Positions 54,967 to 64,000 of a DNA stretch of 64,000 nt are shown here, piece by piece. Every line of letters begins with the position of its first letter. Position 1 is the stretch's first letter. Origin of the DNA: Pocillopora damicornis (taxonomy: Eukaryota); contig NW_020843716.1 in assembly GCF_003704095.1 (NCBI RefSeq), positions 186,001 through 250,000 on the forward strand, read 5' to 3'. The notes beneath the pieces were generated by a model. That model was not told the DNA's origin. It searched no databases and worked only from the letters and a program-made list of their open reading frames with translations. The position numbers were made by a program, and so were the translations under genes.

Positions 54967-57472
54967 ACTAAATAATCCTTATCAATAGCTCTGTCAAAAC
55001 AAACTGAAATGTGATATTAAAGAAGGAAAAAACAAGAAGGTGAAACATAAATTTATTATGCTTGAATTGTATATCGCCCTCAGGCAAAGCGACTTTTGTA
55101 TCTTGGTTATTATTCGACTGAAACTTTCCCTTTTGTTAAGCCTCTTCGTTTTCTTGATACTTGGCACAATATTATGGAAAGGAAAAAAGGTATATCTCCA
55201 ATCTATTTGCATAGGAAATGTTGCCCACATAAAAATCATAATATATCAAGGAAATTCTAGTCAAAGAGACCCCCGGAACACCTGCGGTGTTAATGGAAAT
55301 GTGTCTAGTTAACATTTAAGTGTGAAACGTACGTATGGAGTTTTAATTTCCCAGTGATTGTCGTTAAGATTATTTTGTTTCAAAATAAGTACGTTAAAAG
55401 TACAAAGTGTCAAAAATGTATCTCATTGACTTCCGTTAGAAGTCAGGTTTCGAATATCCTCGTCACTTGTCGACCACTGGCCCCTCGGCATATGGTAAGT
55501 AAGATGGCCTCTTTTACTCGAAATATGACTGAGAAGTTTAACATCAGGCAAGGTGAGATAGCCGGTGCAGTTCAGGCCTTTGATATTAGTTCATCCAGCT
55601 ATTTGTCAGAGGTAAACCACTTAATGTGCTTCCATATACTGCGATAAAGTCCATTACTTGATATCTAAGATTAAACAGCATCAAGCATAAATGGCATAAC
55701 TTACTTGGTATGGAAATGTTCACTTCATTGTTCCGGAAGCCAAGTTGTGAGGCTTTGTTATTAAAGAGCTGATTGAGATTTTAAGAAAGGAGTCGATTTT
55801 GGAGCAGACGATTTGGAAATCTCTGACGCTGCTTTCTCTATCTTTTGGCGGGATAGTTTAGCCCCTTCATGATCACATTGCGCTTACTCACGAGTCCTTT
55901 AAAAGGCTTTATATTGCTAAAGATCGTTGCAATGAGGAGAGGATGATATTCAGTACTTTTTTTTTTGTTCAATTTGAACAGAAAGCTAATACTATGTTTT
56001 GGGAGCGAAATTGATTTTTGCATTAAATTTTAGCCTGAAACTAAATGTATACTAAATCAAAAAGGAATAAATTAGACATATCAATCACATTTACTTTCGA
56101 CTTTTGCCAGCTTTTGGTGTCAACCTTTGCAGTTTTCGCTTTTGAATTCTTCATGGAGTGGAATTACCAATAATTTCCCATGGAATAACACAAATGCGGC
56201 AGCGAAATCTAACCACGTAGAGAAATATTGATTATATTTTCCCTACCGTGTCTTATTTGTGTGCATTCATTGTAGGCGTCTTAATAAGCAGGCTATAGAT
56301 GGCTTACTCTGAGACAGGAAAAAGAATCTGCGGCGAACGCCATGGACTGTTCATTTTTCTTACAGTGCTGTGTGAAACGTATAGTTTGAGGGTAGAAAAA
56401 ACCATCACACTTTTGGTCACTCTCTTTTTTTACTTCTGCGTTAAGTACAAGAAGATAATTGAAAGGAGAAATTTGAATTATGTTATTTTCACTTTTATCT
56501 TCCGCCTTTCTCCATTTCTAAGTTGGAGAAAAATTCAAATGTTGTTTTTCTTGAATTATCAGCCGTACTGGCTGTTGATTCCTTTTTATTAATCTTATCA
56601 ACTTCTACTTGTTATTACTATAAGATCTTAACTATAATCAGTCTTTCAATTGAATATATTTAACTGCCACTCTTATGTCAAACTGCTATTTCCTGTCGCC
56701 TTTTTTAAAGGATCATAGAAACATTAATTAGCTTTATTGGGAGAGGGGGAAGGGGAAGTCGAGTAAAAATTTATAGTGACACAGCCNNNNNNNNNNCCCC
56801 CTCCACAAGGCGATAAGTAATGCAGGTCCCTTGTTCTTTGCAGCCAATCGATCTTGAAGGAATATATTTAATGATTCAAAATGTAGACTTTTGATGACAT
56901 TACCCATAATCCTTTAGCGTTGCAGTTTATGCTGGAAGAGAGCTGTGTTGTAAAGCATTAGCTGATTACATTCTTGATTGTATTGTTTTCGTGTGTTCTC
57001 GATTGATTTTGGCGGATTACACTTCAAGTTGTTAAAATTCTTGGCTAGTTTACATTCTCTGGCGTCTCGTGAGATTGTTTGTTGTAATAGATCTTAAGAA
57101 CAATTATATTGTGTCTAAAATTTTTTTTTCAGGACTACCAGTATATCAACAGTTGTTGCTGAAACTTGACCAAAATTTAACTGTCAAACTTCTATCGGTT
57201 ATCAGTGTTCATTAAACAAAAACAGATTACGGAAATCGACACCCCTTATTCATACCGCTGTAAGCGTGCCCACCACATCGGATACATTATACGTTAGTGT
57301 GAAATAGGGTTTATTGATCATGACAAGAGAATACAATCTTTTGTTCGTGATTATTCTAGGCAGTAGATGAACGAGAAAACTCATACAAAAGGAGAGAAAT
57401 TTATAATATTTCCTGTCGCAAAAATAAAACTGAAAACTATCACAAATGACATGACTGTGCTTCCTTTCCATT

Positions 57473-59567
57473 TTAGACCGAGGATCCTTTCTCCTTATTC
57501 TTTGGCTGAATTATTTTTAGTATTCCTTGGACTAACAGCTGTGCAATTTCGTTATCATCCGGATGCTTCCCAGGCCGCTGACTTTGCTCTGATGCAGCCT
57601 CTTTAGATCGGTTATCGTCAGATGCTACATCATCTGCACGATCTGCCTTGTCATCTTCCTTTTCACCAGATTTCGAATCGTTAAAGTTTCCTTTTTCCTT
57701 GACTGGTTTTCTCAAAGAGATCGGAAAATCTTCGTTTCCAATACTCAATGTGGCCTCACCATCAGGAAAATTAGCTGGAAATTCTATTGCAAAATCTCGT
57801 TGTGCAAAACTTAGTGCAACGCATAGATCGTGGGTCTCTTTGTCTCTGCTTGTACCAGTTACTTGAAATTTCCCCTGGAGAGCGCCATGGATCTTTCCAA
57901 AAAGGTCCATGCCTTCTTTCACCGAGTACCATTGCTCTCTTTTTGTTTCGGCCTGTTGCGATGAAGTTGAAGTCCAGCGAAACTCGCCCGTTACCAGATC
58001 ATTGTGATATTTCTTTTGTGTTCCACTGAAAGGATTACTGAGGCGGAAAGCGCTGTCTTTCGGCAGTACCTCTGTGAAAATAAATCATAGAATGTTTACA
58101 ATAATTGGAAGAACAGATGAGTAAATAATCCAAGTGTAGGTTCTTAACTAACCGTATTTTGAAAGCATCCTGAGTCTTAGAAATATTCAACATAGCACTG
58201 AAAATCTAACGTTGCAATTACCTGAGAGCCACTACAGGGCAATGGCTTTTGCTGAAAACGATTAAAATTTTGGCCATTTTACAGCTGACGGCTAATGAAT
58301 TTCTGTTAAGTTAACAAAATAATTTTACTTATTTACGCCTGACGGCTCAATTATTTTGCTGCTTTACAACAAGACCCTCTTTTTTAAACAACCACGAAAC
58401 AGTTAATACGCGGTAAAACCGTCATTTGCGCCTAAAATTCTCATTATCGTAATTTCATTACTGTTATTTTCCCCCTATGGAGATATGAAAATAGCTAATC
58501 TTTCGATTATGCCTTGACGGGGAAGGGAGAGCGTTGCAAGACAAGACGAAACATGATCCTGCTCAGCAGTATGTTAAAAAGAAAAATTTATACGACTGAT
58601 AGGGGGAATCTAATCTTGCCAAGTTTCCCATTATTGCAAGGTCCTGTGTTTGGTGGAAATCATGATAACGAGGGCGCGTGTGTGCACCGATTCATGAATA
58701 ATTATTGTAGTAAATACTCTAACGGCGACTGGTTCCCCAATTTTTTAAAATAAACAATCGAATATTTAAGGATATTACCGAGTATTCCCTTCAATGAAGC
58801 TTCCTTTTCAACGACACAAACTTGCTTCACGTCCAGTGTTTCGTTGTCCACACCAACCTTCATATATACAAAGCAGGGCTTTCCTTCACCTAGGTTTACA
58901 CCTTAAACAAAATATATGAATCATCATGAACTAAACAAAATGAGACCTCGCAGTGAACTTTTCACTACCTGCAGAACTTAAGTGGCTATATAGTTACTCT
59001 TCTTGGCCAAAAGCTAACTCAATTTGATGGACAAGACATCTATTGCTTAACAATTGTTCATTTTAAGTAGAGGGAAGGGGTGAGTGAGTATTCTATTTCG
59101 TTTGCCTCCAGTTCTAGGAAATTGATTCTGTAGTCAGGCCTCGTTTATATTTCACAATCGTATAGTCAAATTTCATTTGCTTCGATAAATTTTGAAATAT
59201 TCAACAAGGCGAACCACCCTCCCAAAAAATTAAATTAAAGACGAAACAAACCGAGCGAAAGTGGTACTAGTAGTTGACTTTAGCACATAGAATAAAATAG
59301 ACACTGTTACTTCCCCTAATAGGACACTGAATTTCGTTTCTTACCGCCAGATTCTTTTGTGCTCCATATCCCAACGCGTCGAAGAGCATGGGGTTTGAAC
59401 AACTCTTCTTCATCTTCGTCCTTAAGACTACCAGTGATATACTGCACGACTGGCTGATTTGAATGAGTCCACAGACCAAACAGATGTCCGCTCTCAATCC
59501 GTTTTTCTACAACATGTTGCTTAATCTGCCTAAGTTCACCCTCGTGGATTGTCACTGTCAGACTCAT
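57473..59567 (-). CDS. 3-exon gene, ~310 aa: N-terminal degenerate JAB/MPN-like domain + E2/RWD-like domain + acidic tail (exons 59567-59345, 58889-58779, 58071-57473)
   Basis: Canonical GT-AG introns, both phase 1 (G|gtaag, tag|GT, G|gtaat, cacag|AG), join into a 933-nt stop-free frame: MSLTVTIHEGELRQI...ESGHLFGLWTHSNQPVVQYITG...VGIWST...CFVYMKV...LKGILEVLPKDSAFR...QWYSVKEGMDLFGKI...IEFPANFP... An alternative in-frame exon 2 acceptor lies 12 nt upstream. Confidence 0.8.
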
Positions 59568-59696
59568 CTTGGCTCGTACTGTCAACCGAAAAATATCAGT
59601 AAATAAGTCGCAATACCGAAGCAGCTTGGTGCGATCAGAGCAAAATGTTTTTCACTTTTTATTGTGATGAGCTTTTTCATGGGCCGTAAATAACAT

Positions 59697-59751
59697 TTCT
59701 AAGAAATCGTGACGTCATGTGATACTCTGAGCCTACCGGTTTTTCCCGGAA
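59697..59751. promoter_or_regulatory. Putative promoter cluster: GAS TTCTAAGAA (59697-59705), CRE TGACGTCA (59710-59717), GAS TTCCCGGAA (59743-59751)
   Basis: Exact consensus matches 130-185 bp upstream of the JAB-like ATG. Confidence 0.55.
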
Positions 59752-60027
59752 ATGTTTACATGTCAGTTAAGGATATTCAGATTTTATTAAAGTGAGTATA
59801 TGTAACGAGAGTTAATGGTTCCATGACAAATACCAGCTAGAGAAGAAATGGAATGAAAAACCAAAGAAATCAGTCACAGTGTCATAAATTCACAAATCCT
59901 ATTTTCTCCGCCTGAGCTTGTTGAATCAACTCTTCGTCAAAGCTGTATGAAAATCGCAAAAATTTCGATCGGCTCTTGCGAAGTTTTGAAATAATAATGC
60001 ATCTTATTTGACGGAAAGTGCGAGCTA

Positions 60028-60038
60028 TTTCGGTTTCC
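60028..60038. promoter_or_regulatory. ISRE/IRF-type motif TTTCGGTTTCC in the divergent intergenic region
   Basis: Matches GAAANNGAAA on the minus strand. Confidence 0.4.
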
Positions 60039-61035
60039 AAATACAGCCACGACTATCGCTCGGTCCCGAAAGTGTGTAGGATTAATAATTGCTCTGGCGA
60101 ATCACGTTTTTGCGGTTAAATTTTGCTGTTGTCCTGTCTTTCTAACCTGCGTAAACGAAATGATTTGGGTTCTAGGAAAAAGGCTTGGACGAATCAACAT
60201 TTAACATGGCAATCTTAATTACGAGCCACAAAAGTTGTACAAAGCGAAAGTCTTTAAATCTGCCTTCCCACTTCCCAAATCCCTGCCAAAAGATTATTCT
60301 AAAAGCAATTTCGAAGCTAAGAGGTATGACATAGTGCTTGCTTAATATGGAGCAGCGAATGAACTCGCTAAATAAGCAAACCGGTTTATCCAATATCTTA
60401 AAACTTTACATTAACTGCGTCTATAACAATTTACAATTTGTCATCAAACATTTCTTTAGAGTGGGATTAGAGAGCTCAATGACAACTAGTGTCAACTGCA
60501 TAATAATCTTAGGATCTTTTATTTTTGTCTAACAAAAATATATACATTAAAGACGTATCAGTTCGTAGATTTAGGTTAATAGAATATTAAGTCGATCAAT
60601 CTTTGGAATTTTTCCTTGTGTCCTACTACAGTTAAGGGGCGATATTAATAGCAGGGACCCTATAATTTTGAAAGCAGCATTTCTCTCAGAGGTTCGATTA
60701 TATTGAGGGAATTGAAGGCATGACATTTAAATGTTGTCATGAAAAAAGGATTGAATTGATAAATGTAGTTTATGTACATGAAAAGTACATAGACAGACGA
60801 AATTATGTGACCTTACATGGTAGTGCAGCCCTGCTCGGGGTGGACATGACGTAGCGAAATTGCTCGAGGCATTTTATTTCCTCAAATTGCTTTCTTTGCG
60901 CATGAGCGCATCATTCCTAATTCAAAAAACAATATTTAATGTTAACAACTATACCTCCCTCACTTAAACTGGAGAATCATTGCTGTGCACATCCTATCAA
61001 GAGAACAGAACAGCTAAAACAACCAACTTGAAGTG

Positions 61036-61485
61036 ATGCCCTGGTCACAGGCCCAGAGACAGAGGCTCGGCTTTGAGAAAACGTTGCTGGAGAGCTATTT
61101 TCGTGACAGAGTGACATGGATTAGTCCCGGAGACCAAACGATAGTGGAAGTTCGAGCTACATGCACCAACGACAGACAGTACACGCTGAGGATTTATCTG
61201 CCAACTGATTTCCCCAATTCCTGTCCCAACATGGTTGTCAAGGCATCGGCTAGATTGAGGGCGCGTAACGGAGATCTTCTAGAGTGCTATCCAGGAGACA
61301 ACCACATCGGGAAAACCGTAGAAGGCTACACAGGCATCTGCCATTTCAGGCCAAATAGATGGAGGAACGATAATACTTTGTATCAGGTGACGATGAAGGG
61401 TCTGATATGGCTGGAAGCTTATGAGGCGCATCTTCGCACCGGCCAACCCTTGAGCCAATTTTTGACCGATATGCCAGATCGTTAA
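61036..61485 (+). CDS. Non-canonical E2/UBC-fold protein, paralog 1 (149 aa), putative catalytic Cys102
   Basis: UBC-like pattern in order: QRLGFEK helix, YTLRIYLPTDFPNSCP, NH...G..GICH, W...NTLYQV; ~58% identical to paralog 2 by manual alignment. Confidence 0.85.
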   Translation: MPWSQAQRQRLGFEKTLLESYFRDRVTWISPGDQTIVEVRATCTNDRQYTLRIYLPTDFPNSCPNMVVKASARLRARNGDLLECYPGDNHIGKTVEGYTGICHFRPNRWRNDNTLYQVTMKGLIWLEAYEAHLRTGQPLSQFLTDMPDR

Positions 61486-63070
61486 AATATAAATTATGGT
61501 TGGTCGGGTAGACAGAACGATTCGATAGTTGTACACCAAACTGTTCATAGACTTTATAGAGAAGATGCTTGCTTTCATTCGATCAAGATTACTGAATGAT
61601 AACTTTTGGTTGTAGTTGTAAGCGGAAAATACTTAAATATGGATTACAGCGATGTCATTTTTTCTTTGTTCCAGTACGAAGACAATGAGTTATACATGGT
61701 CCTCTCTCCCGGGTAACGATAGTTCATGAAATAAACGATCGGCAGAGCAATATTTCAGATCTACAATTTAACAATTGTAAGGTGTTGGTCTTAAATTCAA
61801 CATACACTAAAATAGGCTTGTCGTTCAAAATTGCGTTTCTAGTCACGATTTTTCTGTAAATTCACCCAAAAGCATTGAATTTCGCAATATTCTTGGAAAC
61901 CAATGTAAACAGATGGATGCAGTGTAATATTTCAGAGAGAGATTTTCAAAAAGTCTAATGCTGAAAGGACCGCTCGTGATAACACATTTGTCTGGCGATA
62001 TATCTAATCTGGAAATGCCAATAATCACGATGTGGGTCCCTTCTTCTATGCGACAGGAGCGATAAGAAAGCGCAACTGAATGCTAATATTCATTCATAGA
62101 AAAATTAATGCAAAGTCGGAAGTTTGCATTTCACTTCGAAATGATACTCTCAACTTCACTAGTTATTTGGATTTTTCAGTCTCTTGTTATGGAGTTATCA
62201 TTTTCTCTGTTGTAAAAAAAACTCTCAGCTTTGAAGACTAAGTAAATAGTGGGTATTTACAAGCTTTTCTAGCATTCCATGAAACGAGTGTTGTTTGCGG
62301 ATAGGCCTTTGGGGGGAAACGAACATCTTGTTCGATTCCAAGAAGAACTCACGTGTATAATTTGAGTCAAACTACCGGTCTTTCTAAGAAAAAACATATA
62401 ATTAGAAAACAATTTTTTAAGTATCTTTCCTAGGACGACTTTCATATTCCTCTCATTTTTTAATTGGGCAGGTTTATAAGAGTTCTGGGTCCACTCCAGT
62501 ACGGTCCTTTCCGCCCCAGCTCATTGCAGAGTTCCATCGCGCTTCGATAGAGTTCTTAGGCATGAAAAATTTTGAATGATACAAGGAACTTGAACCATGA
62601 CCGCGTAACAATGGTAGGTTAACAACATTTTCGCCGAACTTTCGAGAGCGTTCCGATTGTTATTGTCTTTTGTTTGAATCACCATACCATGCAACATGTA
62701 TGCTAGATATTATTTTCTTTCCTTATCCTTTCTTCTTTTTATTTGATGGAAATGTTGCCCTTGTCGACGGGCTCAACGAAGATAAAATCAGAGCGTGTGT
62801 TCTAAGAATTGTTCACTGTCCACATTGAGACAGAATTCGTCATTAGAAGTGCCCGTAAGTTAAAGTTTAAATTTTTAAGACGGTCAGTTTTAGTTTCCGT
62901 TGAAATCAGAAAGAAATTAAAATAAATTACCTGCTTCGAAGAGTAGCAGTCAGTCGTACACAAAAGTCTGTTGTATTGTAAACAAAGTTTTCCACGAAAA
63001 ACGCTCACGCATCATTTACTTTTATCTTCCTGAATTTCCGAGAGCTACGCAATGCTATCTACGCATGCTC

Positions 63071-63087
63071 CCATTTCCGGGAAATGG
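63071..63087. promoter_or_regulatory. Extended palindromic STAT/GAS site CCATTTCCGGGAAATGG ~110 bp upstream of E2-like paralog 2
   Basis: TTCCGGGAA core (63075-63083) inside a 17-bp palindrome. Confidence 0.55.
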
Positions 63088-63189
63088 AAGCGGTTCGAAA
63101 ATAGTTGTCCGCAGCATTTGAATTTAGCGAGTGTTCCTCGTTTGAAACCTGTACAGACAAACTAAAAGTTGCTTTTATCTTTCTTCAAA

Positions 63190-63633
63190 ATGTCATGGTC
63201 AGCAACTCAGCAAAAAAGGCTTGGATTAGAGAAAAATATTCTCGAGAAGTACTTCGGTAACAGAGTTTCATGGATCAATCCGACTGGCGATACGAAGGTT
63301 GAAGTAAGAGTGACAACCACCAGTGATAAACAGTATACACTCAGGGTGTATCTTCCTGGAGATTTCCCAAATTCATGTCCACAGATGATAGTCAGTAATC
63401 CTTCGTCCTGTCTAAGAGCGAAAGACGGTTCTTCGCTGAGCGGAATGAGTGGGATTAACCATACATTAGGCAGTATAGATGGTTGCACTCAGATCTGCCA
63501 TTTTAACTCGTCCTTGTGGAAAGATAACAACACACTGTACCAAGTGGTTATGAAAGGGCTGATATGGCTGGAGGGGTACGAAGCACATCTTCGCACCGGG
63601 CAACCTATAAATAAATACTTGCAAGAGATGTAA
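63190..63633 (+). CDS. Non-canonical E2/UBC-fold protein, paralog 2 (147 aa), putative catalytic Cys103
   Basis: KRLGLEK, YTLRVYLPGDFPNSCP, NHTLGSIDGCTQICHF, WKDNNTLYQV, MKGLIWLEGYEAHLRTG; ATG in aaaATGt context. Confidence 0.87.
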   Translation: MSWSATQQKRLGLEKNILEKYFGNRVSWINPTGDTKVEVRVTTTSDKQYTLRVYLPGDFPNSCPQMIVSNPSSCLRAKDGSSLSGMSGINHTLGSIDGCTQICHFNSSLWKDNNTLYQVVMKGLIWLEGYEAHLRTGQPINKYLQEM

Positions 63634-63708
63634 ACAAATCGACTGAGGACAGGAAACTAACTAAGGATCGGGACAAACATTTCTGTGACAATACCATTTC
63701 TACCTGAG

Positions 63709-63764
63709 CCTAAACCTTGATCCTTCGGTATCGGTGACCTAAACCTTGATCCTTCGGTATGGGT
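63709..63764. repeat. 2 x 29-bp tandem duplication in the putative 3'UTR
   Basis: cctaaaccttgatccttcggtat(c/g)ggt at 63709 and 63738. Confidence 0.9.
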
Positions 63765-64000
63765 AAATTTCATTGATTACTGTTTAGATTTAGAACTGGA
63801 TGAAGTTTATTTTTTAAAATGCTGGCTAAACCTTCACCTCCGCGCTTTGAAGTCCAGATTGTAATTATCATAATTATTATTCCCATTTTTCTTTGTGTGG
63901 CTTTCCTGTATTATTCGATTTCTGTCAATTTTTTTGGAGTCTGGCGAAGGATCTTACTCTCCAGAGTGTTAGCAATATCGTGGAAGACTCGATCACATCC

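Noticed and set aside
57473-63633. Bacterial contamination as the source of the JAB/E2 module
   Set aside because: The JAB-like gene has two canonical spliceosomal introns, spacers are long and AT-rich, and composition matches the surrounding animal DNA. A small gap at 56787-56796 does separate it from the GPCR cluster.

Overview
AT-rich (~36% GC by eye) eukaryotic DNA with small assembly gaps. The repeat families and gene types suggest a cnidarian, probably a scleractinian coral (inference). Bases 1-55 kb hold a tandem cluster of six rhodopsin-class (class A) orphan GPCRs with single-exon CDSs, plus one GPCR pseudogene. They are interspersed with decayed LINEs, a pogo/Tigger remnant, MITE/foldback elements, a Penelope-type hammerhead ribozyme and an old non-coding segmental duplication. 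The most interesting part is 57.5-63.6 kb. A 3-exon minus-strand gene, missed as a whole by the ORF track, encodes an apparently catalytically dead JAB/MPN-like domain fused to an E2/RWD-like domain. It sits head-to-head with two intronless, non-canonical ubiquitin-conjugating (E2/UBC-fold) paralogs that keep the catalytic Cys. The surrounding DNA is unusually rich in STAT (GAS), IRF (ISRE), NF-kB-like and CRE motifs. This looks like a clustered, immune-inducible JAB+E2 module reminiscent of prokaryotic ubiquitin-like defence operons. All domain calls come from motif recognition by eye and need HMM or structure confirmation.
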